From Paraspadella gotoi (lineage: Eukaryota > Animalia > Chaetognatha): a stretch of 64,000 nucleotides of DNA. Each line of letters opens with the position of its first letter. Position 1 is the stretch's first letter. Shown here one piece after another: positions 39,635 to 52,820 of the stretch. Under the pieces are notes generated by a model. That model saw nothing but the letters and a program-made list of their open reading frames with translations. It searched no databases and was not told the DNA's origin. The translations under genes and the position numbers were made by a program. The stretch spans positions 10,512,613 through 10,576,612 of the forward strand of contig CM119268.1 of NCBI GenBank assembly GCA_051294375.1. Direction: 5' to 3'.

Positions 39635-40700
39635 TTGGGGAGAGAGAGGAGAGAGAGGTGGAGGAAGAGAAAAGAGAGGTTGAGGGAAGAGGAGAGAGAG
39701 GTTAAGGGAAGAGGAGAGATATGTGGAGGAAGAGAAAAGAAAGGTTGAGGGAAGAGGAAAGAGAGGTTAAGGGAAGAGGAGAGATAGAGTGGGAGGAAGA
39801 GAAGAGATGAGGGTGAGGAAGAGGAGAGAGAGGTTGAGGGAAGAGGAGAGATAGGTGGAGGAAGAAAGAGAGAGGTTGAGGGAAGAGGAGAGATAGGTTG
39901 GAGGAAGAGAAGAGAGAGGTTGAGGGAAGAGGAGAGAGAGGTAAGGTTGAGGGAAGAGGAGGAAGAGAAAAGAGAGAGGTTAGGGAAGAGGAGAGATAGG
40001 TGGAGGAAGAGAAGAGAGAGGTTGAGGGAAGAGGAGAGAGAGGTTGGAGAAGAAAAGAGAGAGGTTGAGGAAGAGGAGAGAGAGGTTGAGGGAAGAGGAG
40101 GAAGAGAAGAGAGAGGTTGAGGAAGAGGAGAGATAGGTGAGAGGAGAGAAAAGAGAGAGGTTGAGGGAAAAGAGTAGGAAGAGAAGAGAGAGGTTGAGGG
40201 AAAGAGGAGAGTAGAGTAGAGGAAGAGAAGAAGATAGGTAGGAAGAGAAGAGAAGAGTTGGAGGAAGAGAAGAGAGAGTTTGAGGAAGAGGAGAGATAGG
40301 TGGAGAGAGAAGAGAAGAGGTTGAGGGAAGAGGAGAGAGAGGTTGAGGAAGAGGAAGAGATAGGTGGAGGAAGAGAAGAGAGGTGAGGAAGAGAAGAGAG
40401 AGGTTGAGGGAAGAGGAGAGATAGGTGGAGAGAGGAGATGAGAGAAGGTGAGGGAGAGAGAGAGAGAGGTTGAGGCGAAGAGAGAAAGAAGAGAGAGGTT
40501 GTGGAAGAGGAGAGATAGTGGTAGGAAGAGAAGAGAGAGGTTGAGGGAAGAGGAGAGAGAGGGTGAGGAAGAGAAGAGATAGGTTGAGGGAAGAGGAGAG
40601 AGAGGTTGAGGAGCAGAGAAGAGAAGAGAGAGGTTGAGGGAAGAGGAGAGATAGGTAAAGGAAGAGACAAGAAGGGAGGTTGGAAGGGAAAGAGGGGCGA
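39635..40700 (+). repeat. ~1-kb polypurine minisatellite
   Basis: Degenerate units gagaggttgagggaagaggaga / gataggtggaggaagagaa, with almost no C on the + strand. ORFs across it are low-complexity artefacts. Confidence 0.9.
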
Positions 40701-41896
40701 CGGTGGAAGAGAGAAAGAAGAAAGAAGAAAGTGAGAAGCGGGGGTAAAACAGAGAGAGGCGCCTGAAGAGGAAAGAGAAGGGAGAAAAGTTAAGGGGGCA
40801 GACGCTTAAATTTGACAAGGGTGAAAGGCGAGGGGGAATTGAAATAGGGAGACGGGGAGAGTAAAGTTAAAAAAAGAAAACTCGAAGGATTAGAGAAAAT
40901 AGAGGAAAGAGGAAAGAAAGAGGAAAACGAGGGACGAAAAACCAGGGAAAGAGAAAAAAACATCGAGGAAAAAACGAATAAAATGAATAAGATATATACG
41001 GTATTTCTAATGAACGATAAATAAATAAATTATGAAACGAGAAAAGGTAACATCAAGGTTGTACTCAATTCAAAGAGATCTGACTTCAAATAAGTAAAAT
41101 TGGGCGACAGAGATTGGCGCCGCCGGTAGGAAGGCCCGATGACGTGGACGACGATCTCAAAGAAAATATCAAGTTAACGGTGTAGCACAACGTAAACACC
41201 ACATTGCAATTGTAGCCAGGCAAGCCGAAAAGATCAAAGGAGTCTAAATGACAATGACAATATTATTAATATTTTTTTTTTTAATCAGAATTGACCCCTA
41301 CCCGGGTTCTCGTATCGCATATTGGGGCAAAAAATGATACAAACCGACCGACTGTCCCAAAATAATGTTTTTTAAAAGCAAAAATTAAGCACGAAACAAA
41401 TATTAGAACCTCCCCATTCGATCTTATAAGGATTCCATTTAGTAAATTCAATTAGAAGATTGGTATCAATAAGTTAGTCACGTCAAGAAAGTATTCTAAA
41501 GCGAAAAAAAATAATGTCAAACCCACGGCGGACTTTTTCGAAAGGAATGAGATTGACGCTCCCAATGGTTTCCATGGTAACGCCGGTCGTCGGCTTCCAT
41601 CTTTATTCATAATGTTCTCTTTGATCGTAACTTCCGATATCGAGTTCGTGCTCTTAAGACATTACTCCTTGTTTTGTTTTTTTTTACGAATACAAACCGA
41701 AACAATAAATTGCGTCTAATGTGTCTACTGTCTATACTCTAGAGGGTTTTCTAGTAAATTTATCAACATAAGGGCACCGTGCTTTTTGATTTTCGCCGTA
41801 CATGAATTCAATAGTAAAGTATTTATAATAAAAGGTTGCTTAGAATATAATGGTTTGTTAGTTTTACAATTTGTTAAATTTGTAAAGCTCAGGTTT

Positions 41897-43975
41897 TCAC
41901 CTGTTTGCGTTGGTTTCGTTCTTCGGGTTGATCGTCGTCGTCTTTGTCGTCGTCGTCGCCTTTGTCGCCGTCTTTATAGTCGTCGTCGCCGTCGTTTTTC
42001 CCGGCATCTTCTTGACCTTTGACCTCCGGCTGGGCGTGTCTGGCGTCGTGGCATTTTCGGCGTGACCTTTTACGACGGCGACCTTGGCGGCGTTCTCTTT
42101 GATGCCAGCGCCGTCTCCTTTGGGGCGAGTTACGGCGTTTCCTTTGTCGTCATCGGCGTTATCGTCGGCATCGATAACGTCTTTTTTGACGTCGCCCGTG
42201 ACGTTATTTTTACCTTTTTTTCTTACATTTTTCGGTTTTTTACGACGTTTTCCCGGGCGAGGTCGCTTTCCACGTGTTGAGGAAGAAAGCGTCGTCGTTG
42301 GCGTCGTCGTCGTCGTCGTCGTCACTTCCGGTTCGTCAACGTCTTCCTCGTCAAAGTCGTCGACTAATTCTGCGATTGGAATCTTTTTAGACGCTTCGTT
42401 TATCAAACGCGATCCGGATTTTTTCTTCGTCCCTGAAAAAAAGTATTTACTATTAGAATTATTTCAAGTGTCCAATTAAAACAAATAATTCATGCTATTG
42501 TAGTACCTATTTTGACTTATTAACGCATTCACTAACCGAGATAAATTGACAAATGCGACTCCCCACGGGCAAACGCATCTCAGACTCAGGTAGCGATGGC
42601 GGCAAAAGCGGAAGCAACAAAAACCGAGACTAAAAAATACGAGAAAAATAAAATTTGACGCGAGAGGCGGAACCGGCGCAAGAATTGGCTCCTCGCCGAA
42701 AAAAAAACAATTAAACGGACGCGGATTCCGCTGTGGGTGACCGGATTACCGGCCGTCCTCTGACCGAGAAAAGGATTTTTCAATCGCGATTAGGGATTTT
42801 TTTTTTTTGCTCGTCGAGTACGTAGTTTTCATTTGAGGAGCATTATATCAAAAATTTCACGTTTGTTTACAAAAATCTGTTCTAACAGTTTTAAAAAATT
42901 AACTGGATTAAAAAATAAATATGGATAAAACCTCAAGCTTGTCAAAATTAATTGAGAAAAAATAAATCCTTGAGCAATAAATTTATGATGTAAAAGCTAT
43001 TAATAGTATTAATAGTAATATAGTAAAAGTATTATGAAACGAAACGAAATCATCCTTCCCCATTTCTTTGAAACGCTCTCAAGTCACCAAGCGTCACCCG
43101 GGAAACGCCCGGGGACTTTCCGTCAAAGAGGAAAAAAAACACGCCAGGAATGACGCCGCCGAGACCTCGATATTTTATTGGCGGAATAAAAACGCGGAGA
43201 TACTTTGCGTTTAGCTCGCGGGAATTTGAGAGCGAGGATCGAGAATCTGACAGGAAAATCGAAGGGCGACGTCAAAAATCCCAACCGTCGCGGCGACGCG
43301 CGCCAAATTTGGAGATTTTCAAATTGGACGCGAATCAAAATTCCTTGTTGCGCCGTTTGTGTGTATCAAACGTTTTCATAGATTCGTGTTATAATTTTTT
43401 TTTTTTTTTTGCAAAAAGCGATGCAGGGCGAAAGCAAAGGGATGAAAATAATTCCGAAGAAAAATTAAATTATTCGAGTAACATCATTTTAACAACATAA
43501 GCAAAATTATTAAAAGAATTCCATGCATGATACTATAAAATAACGAGAAAAGCACCCCCCCCCCAAAAAAAAAATGGTTACCTTTGACTCGAGCTTTTCC
43601 GTTGGCATCGACGTTTCTCGATCTCTGTCCGATTTCCTCCTTTAGGATTCTCCGATCCTTCGCATCAATTTCTATCTCCTGCCTGCCACGCCCACTCTTT
43701 ACCTTTCCTCCCCTCTCTTCTTCTTCTTTTTCTTCTTCTTTTTCTTCTTCTTCTTCTGATTCCTCCCTTTCCTCGTCTTCTTCATCGTCCTCCCCTTTCT
43801 CCCTCTCTCCCCGTTCCCCGCTACCCTCCCCGGATCCGTCGTCGAAATAATCGTCGTCGTTGACGTAGTCGTCGTCGTCGTCGTCGTCGTCAATGAAGAT
43901 TACATCATTTATCGACTCTAGCGCCACGACGCGAACGACGGCGAAGACGATAATCAAAAATATCGAAGTCCGCAT
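41897..43975 (-). CDS. Secreted acidic/basic low-complexity protein, proteoglycan- or mucin-like
   Basis: Exons 43975-43582 and 42432-41897 (in frame, GT-AG); a short extra exon 41667-41607 is possible. Signal-peptide-like MRTSIFLIIVFAVVRVVA, then DDDYFDDGSGEGSGE, a poly-Glu tract, Thr runs and a basic patch GKRRKKPKNVRKKGK. Confidence 0.65.
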
Positions 43976-46900
43976 TATCAATTTTCAATCTATTTCTTTT
44001 TTTTTTTATACGACAATGTTTATTATTTATTTTTAAAAAAAAATTATTATCGTCCGCAACTAGAATTCGTTGTACACATTCAATTTTCGTTTTTTATGGC
44101 GTCTGACCAATTTAGGGAAACAAGATGAAAACGAAGATTTAAAACTTCGTGGCCGACGTCTTCACAGAAAAGGTCGTCGTCTTTTTCGTCGTCGTCGTCG
44201 TCGTCGCACCCGGCGCGGTTTTTCGCCTTCGTAGACGCGTTCGTCTTTTGCGCGCGAGAATTTTGCGCGCGAGAATCCATGTAGACTTTCTTCGACGTGG
44301 GGGGGGGGCGACTCATGTCTAAAAGATTAATTCCCAATTTCTTTTTTTCTTTTTCTATTTCGTGGTTTAACGTCGAAGAATATCTTCTGACGCTAAATAA
44401 GCAATGCTAACAGATGTTAGAATCGTTAGATGTTACTGGCCTCAAACAATTGGTAATTCGTTAAATAGAGGGGCTTCCTCCATCTAAGCAATAAGACTCC
44501 AAGCAGGTTTCTTCTCTTCAACTTAACGAAGGATAATGTACGATTTCTTTGAGAGAGATATGTATATAAACGGATGTTTAAAAAAAAAACTAATGAATTA
44601 AAAATCGCCAAAAAAAGGAATCACTGAAATCAAATGTCAGGGGAAAACCTCAAATTCGGTTTATAGGGTAAGGTCGAGTAAGGTCAAGTTTTAATTAAGA
44701 CTATTGAATTCTCACGTTTGTGGTTGTGGTCAAATTTGTGGAACTTTTGTATGCAGTAAATAGATAATAAATAAGAATAATAAAAGCGAATAGTTGAAAA
44801 AACAAACAAAAAAAGAGATTACAAAAAAAGGGGAGAAAAAAACCCATGCGGACATTGGACAGGCGTCCATTATTCAATCCAAGTGACCCCCTGTAATGCC
44901 TGTATATCTGAACCGTTTGTTTCACGTGGGACGGAATGGCAATAAGAGTAAGCGGAAAACGGGTGATCTTGGTAGGAAGTTAAAAAACATATTAGAATTA
45001 CAATAGTCTACAGTATATAGATCGAATATACTAGATCGAATCCCTTGTAATTTATCTAAGTTTTAGCTTTAAGATTGAGACAAAAATTTGTCGTTGTTGT
45101 TGTCACCAAATGGAACAACAAAGGTTTTTATTTAGAATAAAAATTGGGCATGTTTTGACTCTCTTTGATTCGAGTCTTCATCAGCTTTGAATGTGTGGAG
45201 TGAGGACATGTGATGGTGAGGTCAGGGAAAGAGAGAGAGTGAGTAAATTTGAAATTGGTGAGAGAGAGAGAGAGAGAGAGAGAGATGAGATCTGTGACAG
45301 AGACGAGATCGGAGAGAGAGAGAGAGGGAATTAAATAAATTTGGTAATGTACAACAATGAATAGGAAAAACTTAACAACTAAGCTAAGTTTTAAAAATAT
45401 ATCTGGAATAAAGTTTTCTATTTATTACTCAACTCTCTATTCTTGTCGAATACCACGTGGAAAGTCGGTAAACTATACGCAATTTGAACGCATTTATCAT
45501 AAATTTTCCCTAATTATTCCCAGAAATATATTAATCCCACGTCACCGGTTTTGAACGGTTGCTTTTTAATTACGGTATCACTGCGGTGAAAGGCGACAAT
45601 TTTTTTTTATTATCTCCTTAATTCTGCTCACGCAACTTATTTGTGAGAGAGTTCGAAAAGAAAACTGAGCAATAAAAATGATATAAAGATTAAAGAAGAG
45701 AAAATATTTAAAATGTAATTCAAAGAAAATAAATTGAAAAAAATGGGAATAAAATTAAAGAATGTCATGAGTTTATAATGAAAAAAGAAAGAATAGAAGC
45801 TATCGGAAATATTAAAATTACTTTCCAAGTAGATTGACGAAATAGTGATTGAGAATGTAGTAAAAAAATGTAGTGAAAAGTTAGTTTGAATTTAGAAAAA
45901 AAATAACAAAATCAGCATTTCTATAGAATTTATATAGCATTTTTATAGCTGAAATTATAAGCATTATATTATTATATTATTATATATTATATTATTGAAT
46001 AATAGATGAAGGGTAGAGAAATTTCGTATCCTTATTATTATTCCGATAATCTTATCTCGATATAATGAGAGGTACAGTAATACTTAATATATAATGATAT
46101 AATGAGAGGTGCAGTACTACTTAAGAATTTTTAGAGAATTAAGGACAGAACTGGTCTAACTGGAGTGACTTCAATTTTTTAACGAGAAAACTGAAACCGG
46201 TTTAATATTTAAAAAAAAAATTCAAATCTTTTTTATTTAAATTTCTTTTAGCAATTTAAATTTAAACTACTGATTTATTAAACTAAAATGCACAAACAAA
46301 ATAAAATAATATTTCAAATTCTTATTTGCGTGGGTGACTTTTGTTTTCACCTTCAAACTAAATTTTGTCCGCAGGTTTCTGTCAACATTTAGTTTTTAAT
46401 TTTGAAGATTCTTTCGTTAATTAGCGTAGAAACATCGCTTCTGGAGTTAAAACCATCTTCCAACTTGTTTGCTCCGTCGTTATTTCGAGTGTAAACCTTG
46501 CCTAATCCTATTATCCAGAAGTCTCTCTCTCTCTCTCTCTCCCTCTCTCTCTCTTTGCAGGTCATATCAGGTCGTATTCCCTAGAAGTGGGTTAGTTTTG
46601 AGAAGCCTTTATACTTATAGTGATTCTTTTCAGTTCATCTGATGTACAATAGTATTAGGTTGAATCTTTGAATTTAAATCTTCTCTTTCTGTCTCGCTTT
46701 ATGCATAGTACATGTTTATGATGTATTCACAACTGTCTTCTAGAATAATCTGAATATAACGATTCATAAAGCATTAGTTCATTTAAAAATACCAAATCAT
46801 TTATCGGGTTTCCAGCTAAATTCGTGGTTCACTTCGTACACATATTGGTACATCTTTGTTGAATTTTTTGGTTTTCAATGTTTATCCTCCGCGAGAGCTC

Positions 46901-47092
46901 CGTTTGCCTTGAATGGGTGAGTACACTGAAAAAAGGAAGAAGAGTCCAGCCGAAGTGAGACTAAATCTAAATCTAAATCTCAAAATCTCCGTCCACCGCA
47001 AATTTAAATTCTCGTCCGCCGGTGATCGAAGACCGCAATCGTCTTTATCGGCCATAAAAACCCGCGAAGCTCTTCCCTCGCGATTCGCGACT

Positions 47093-47143
<51 letters not shown>

Positions 47144-48639
47144 CTTGATTTTCTTTTTTATTTCTTTTTTTTTCTTTTTCTTTATTCTTTCCCCGAGACT
47201 TTGATGCTCGGATTACTCGAAGTCAGATCGATAAATTGATTTTCACCTTTTCCGTCATCGTCTCCTTTTCCTCTATTTTTTTGGGCCACCAAATATATTG
47301 AGCTTCCATAACAATTATGGTCAACGCGGCTTCTCGAAATTCCTACGTCCTCACAAAATGACCCCGAGCCCTGGAAAAAGAAAAGAAAAATCTTGTCGAA
47401 ATTTCCGAGACCGCAAACGCCGCCAAATTACCACCAACATTTTTACCATTTTTTACCATCATTTTCTCCGACATTTACCACCGACACACCTTTTCCTGAA
47501 AATCGATCCCCCCGACAAACTCAAAGCCTCTTTTTTTTTTTATTGTTTTTTTTTTCAATGACTCGTTTTTCGTTAATGCTCTCTCTCTTTCTCTCTCTTT
47601 TTTTTTGTGTCTCTCTCATGCAAATTCGATTTTTATTTTTTTTAATTTTCGGTTCGAAATTTTCATCGGTTTGCTTTTAATTTTCACCGCCGTCCATCTT
47701 CATTGGCTCGATTTTTAAATTCAATTTGCTCCATAAGAGTTCGTGTACCGAGCGAGATCCGCGAGGCGGATTTATACGCGCCGGGATTTTTTTTTTTTTT
47801 TTTTTTTTTGGTACTCATAGTCGTCAAAATCGATCACTTTTTTAACATACGCTTCCGGAAATTTGGGCGAAAAAAACCAATAAACGTCTTCTGATGTAAC
47901 TCTCAAATACTTGCATTTTGTTTTTTTAGTTTTTTTTTTTTTTTGCGTTTCGGAATCTCTCCAACTCAAGAGTCCCCGTTACAACCAAGTCTATTGTGCG
48001 CTCTCCCAAATATGCAGAATACGAACTTATAAATATTCTTCGCTCTCTCTCAGTAGCTCTCCACTCGATTCTTCTTTATTTTGATTTTCTTTAATTTTTC
48101 TTTTTTTTTAGCCAAGGAGTATTTGTCTTCACACGATTCGATCCTCTGTCAGAAAAAAGCGAAAATAAAAAAAAATCATCTCAAGCAGTGGACGATTATT
48201 ATTTTTTTGTCTGGAGATTTGGGACGGCGGTCAGTAGTGGAGCTCTCAGGAACAAAAATTTTATTTCAACAAACAAGGATATTTAGATGTGACATAGTAT
48301 GATTATCGAGTATGAATAATATTTTGTTCAGATTGTTTTGGGGACCAATACCATAAAATAAATTATATTTTTAGTAATATCCTTTTAAAATAGTAAATTT
48401 TTAAATAAATTTTTTTGAAATTTTATTATAGATTCTTTTTTTTTATAAAAAATTAGACCAAAAGTATAAAATATTCTGATCTTTTCAGTGTCAAAAAATA
48501 AAAAAAGTTAAAATTCTTTACTTTTTTATGTTTTGGAGTAAAAACTATTATATGATGAAAGGTTTAACTAATTTTTTTAGCTTTAATATAAAAATATTAT
48601 TAAACATATTTTACAAAAGTTCTTAGCTTTAAAAAAAAA

Positions 48640-51192
48640 TTATTTTGAACTCTTCTCCATTAAACTCGCCTTTGATAATGTTATATGTCGGGTTTGACAG
48701 GTCCGCCTGTAGGCTTTAATCTCCTGAGCCCAAGGCGCTCGCATCGCCTTGAGGGGTTTGGCCTTTTTTTGGTTGAATCGGAGGAGGAGCAGGAGCTGGA
48801 GATGGAGTTGAAAGAGGAGGAGAGGAGTAGTATCGTTTTTTATTTCTTTCCGTTCTGCCCTTCTGGCTAGCTTGGCGCAGGCTTTAGATCGGTTAATTCT
48901 GGCCCTCTTTTCGCCTTCACTGGATTCGTTCCAGTTTCTCCAGCCCATTTGATGAATCATTTTGTTTATTACTATCAGTTCATCTCGCGTTGAAGTACTG
49001 AGCAACTTATGCATCTCGCTGATGTTGACCTTCCTTTGAAGCTATTTGCAATTTCTGCCAAGCTTTAATTCTAAGTACATCTCGTCTATTTTCGATGAAG
49101 GCTTCCTTTGAGCTTCTCTTTGCCCAGTCTTTGATAAGCTTGCTTTAGTTGGCTTTGGTTTCTTTCTGTCTTTCTCTTTCTCTGGTCAACGACGACGGGG
49201 TAGTACAATTTTTTCTTATTAACAGTGAAAGTATCATCATCAGTGGAATCAATATCTAAATCTTCATTTTACAAAAACAACATCCCGTCTTTTTCCGAAT
49301 TTCGAGAATCTCTTCCCTCTTTTATCATCGTCGCGCCAACCTCGGCCGCCTTTATAGTTTTTCCAGGTTCCCTTTGAGTTGGGGCCTTTCTCGAAGCAGG
49401 CTTTGTTTCTCCACGCTGGCGGTCGTCGTAGTGGCGGTCGTCTTGGCGGCGGTCGTCGAAACGGCGGTCGCTGTAGCGGCGGTCATCGCGGTCATTGTAG
49501 CGGCGGTCATCGCGGCGTCGTTCGCCGTGGTCATCCTTGAAACGAGTCGGTTTTTCGATTTGGCGCCGCATTTCCCTGATAGATTCGTTTACGTTATTTA
49601 ATTCTTGGAGCATGGTTCCTTGATAAAAGGCTGTGGCGCTAGCTGTTGGGTCCTGGTCGGTGAGGCCCTTGGTGACAAGGGCACTGACCAATTTCTCTTT
49701 ATCCTCTCCAGAAACCGTGTTGACTGTTTTCCTTATCCTTTCGGTTTCGGCGCCGCTTGTCAGTAACCTTTTAACCTGTATTCGATCTCTCGTCCAAGGT
49801 CGAGATATTGTTGACGTTCTAACAAATAAGTCCATTCCAGAGTTTTGGTCGTTATTCCATGATATAAGGTTCCAAGGCTTTCACGAGGAGCTGCGCGGCA
49901 TAATCTGGAATAGACGCTTTATCTTTCTCACGAACATTTTCATATTTTTCGAGCGCTTCATTTACGAGGGCGACTCCGTATCTGGAGTGGATCGACGGGT
50001 CGACGGAGAGCGTTGCCAACTTATCTGCTTCAGCTATCGACAAGGAGGCTTCAAAAATTGCGCGTAGTCCAGCCAGCGGCTGTTGTTGATTTCAATTGTA
50101 AATCTCGTCGCTTCCTTGTCTTGGGCAAGGATGGCTCGGAGCTGCTCGTCAATCTTGTTGGGCGACGCGTGGAATTTCTGTAGGCTTGATAAAAGTTTCG
50201 GAGATATTGCTCCGGGGTTTCATCTTTTCCTCTTTTTTCCAATTTGATTGGGCGTTCACTGGAGGTATAGCTTGGCGGCTCACTGGCGCCGCCTTCCGAT
50301 CTGACGTCGTCGTGAGGTCTGACTTGAAATTGCGTTGAATAGGCATCTCAACGTGTTGATGGGTACCGGGAAGCGTGGGGTAGATCGACGACGCCGGTGG
50401 AGGCGCTTTGGCCTGTGACGCCTCTTCGATGTTGATACCCAGTCTGACGAGGATGGCGTCCAGTTTTGGAGCCACCTCCACCATGTTTTTGTCCATGGAA
50501 TTTATTTTTAGTCCATGGCGTGAAGTTCTTTGGTGATCGAATCTATTTTATTTTGATTCTTTATATTTGCTTCGTTGACGATTTGCATGATCTGTTTTGC
50601 GATGACTCCTTCTTTTGTGGTGAGTCTGCAGTGCTTTGCCAATTCGGGCGGCATCTCGAACGTACGGATTAAGTCGTCGTCTTCCACACTGCTACCGTCA
50701 TCGTCGTGGAACAACTTTGGCGTTGTTTTGTTTGGATCCCGCCATTTCCGTCCAATTCCTTTTGGCGCTGGGATTGCCGGTGGAGGTTTTCCGGCGGAGG
50801 TGGAAGCTGGGGCATAGGATCCATTTGGGGTGGCGTGGTCGTTGTTGGCTTTTCGGAGGAGTGGTGAGTCTTGCCAGAAGTCCTGTCACCACATTTAAGG
50901 AAAAACTCATGGGTTTTTGGTGAATACTAAAACGAGATTTTATTCTGAGAATAAAATAGTGACGGTGACACGCGCAGGAGTCCAGATCAATTCTACTGAA
51001 ACTAAGGAAGCTAGGTCTATTTATATCTAGAGAAGAGGATCAGAGGCAAGGGGTATTTTTACAAATCCATTGTTTCTGCAAGCTGATTGGTCGATTCCGA
51101 TTCCGCCTCAACCAATCATGATTCCAATTCTGTGGGATTCAAACGTGCCTTTGATCCGGTTTGCTTTTGGTTGGCTTGATTCTCCTGCGATG
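48640..51192 (-). mobile_element. Degenerate LTR retrotransposon remnant (LTR-like region, PBS, frameshifted gag-like ORFs, no pol seen)
   Basis: Minus-strand TATAAATA (51025-51018), AATAAA (50944-50939) and PBS-like TGGTGACAGGACT (50891-50879). These precede intronless, broken ORF fragments 50910-48640, including the gag-like KRGKDETPEQYLRNFYQAY. Confidence 0.5.
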
Positions 51193-52459
51193 ATAATTTT
51201 AAAAGGATACTACTATAAAGAATATTCTATTTATTATACTGTTATGAAAATTGTTTTTAAAAAAGGCTCAATTATTTTTTATTTTTTATACAAAGGCAGT
51301 AAAAAAAACATTGTTCAATCGCTCAATCTTTTTATCACTCCACCCTAGCGGTCAGTCCGTTCGTCGGTATGCTTGGCTAGCGGATAGTAAAACTATGAAT
51401 CGATGTAATATATCATACAAATTAATAGTAATTATTGATAAACAATTAAAAAATTATATATTACAGGACGTAATATTTTTTAATTTAACGTTCATTTGAT
51501 CTCGCTAATCCGTACGTTCTTTAAATTTTTTTTAAATTCTTTCCTTTGCAAAAAAATTGTCTTGTTTTTTTTTTTAGCTCCATTTTTATTACCGTCGGAT
51601 TTTTGCTGCCATATTATTTTAATTCATCCATCCGAAGCATTTTTAGTTGAAGACTCTTGGTTTTGATTGCTTGTACGTTTTCACTGGTTCGTTTTTCGAG
51701 GCAGAATTATGATTATTTTTATTATACGTTACAGCTACCAAAAAGCCGCTTCATCAAATCTCTTTTTAAATACCAGGATGTCCTTACAAAACTATTTGTT
51801 TTCTTTATTTTATCGAATTATTCCCGGAGTTGTTTTTTATGTAAGAGACATTCCTTCATCTTTTACTTTTTTTAACATTTTATTTTCAGATACCAAATTT
51901 TAAGTCATTTAAAAACAACAAAAATAGTATACATTTACAACTTTTCTTCTATTGCATGGAAGAGAACACCAAATGGAGTTACTAGACTCTTCAGAATTTA
52001 GGTCAGTTGTTGAAATATTCACAAATCTCCAATAAATGATTTTCGTTAAGTAATAATAAGAAAAAAAAAAGAAGAAAATATCCCGAGTGCTTAACAAACT
52101 TTTTCAAATTAATGTAGAACGTAATGACCCAGTGAGTAATCCGTAAAGCACCGAGTAGGCCAGCAATTCAATTAGGTTTTCATGAGGAGCCAAAATTCAA
52201 GAACGTCACTTTCAAAACGAAAGAAAAATGAGGGGAAAATTAGGAAAAAAAAGTGGGAAAGAAGATTAGAAAAAAAAAGTTTTTTAACAATAAAACAGAA
52301 CTCCGAAGCTCAAGAGAGAAATTAGAAAAAGCATAAGTAGGAGAATGAGAACAAAAAAAAAAAAAAACATGGAAGGAACTTCGTTTTCTCGTTTTATGCG
52401 AAAACAAAAACGATGAAACCGTAAAAAACTGTAAGAATCCCCACGTGCAGTTTTAGCGG

Positions 52460-52502
<43 letters not shown>

Positions 52503-52574
52503 AAAACTTTTCGCTTTTCATTTTTGTTGTTTTTTCTCTAAAACTTTTTACATTTTTTTCCCTTTTTTATGCTC

Positions 52575-52800
52575 GTCATTCCTTTCACTTCCTTCTTTTC
52601 CTTCCTCTTTTCTTCCTTCCTTTCCTTCCTTTCCTTCCTTTCCTTCCTTTCCTTCCTTTCCTTCCTTTCCTTCCTTTCCTTTCCTTCCTTCCTTTCCTTT
52701 CCTTCCTTTCCTTCCTTCCTTTCCTTCCTTCCTTCCTTCCTTCCTTAATTCCTTTCCTTCCCTCCCTTCCTTCCTTTCCTTCCTTCCTCCCTTCCCTTCC
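52575..52800 (+). repeat. (CCTTT/CCTT)n polypyrimidine simple repeat
   Basis: ttccttcct units immediately upstream of the first visible aminopeptidase exon. Confidence 0.9.
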
Positions 52801-52820
52801 CTCTCCACCTCCCAACCCAG

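Noticed and set aside
39406-40818. Long ORFs (470 aa and 322 aa) rich in Leu/Ser/Pro/Phe
   Set aside because: They are translations of the polypurine minisatellite, which lacks stop codons by composition.
46923-48491. Possible CACTG-ended DNA transposon (acactgaaaa ... ttttcagtgt)
   Set aside because: Only a 10-bp low-complexity match, with no matching TSD and no second copy in the window.
52369-52430. Candidate first coding exon of aminopeptidase N (ATGGAAGGAACT...CT|GTAAG)
   Set aside because: The phase-compatible frame contains an in-frame TGA; it cannot be supported without cDNA or corrected sequence.
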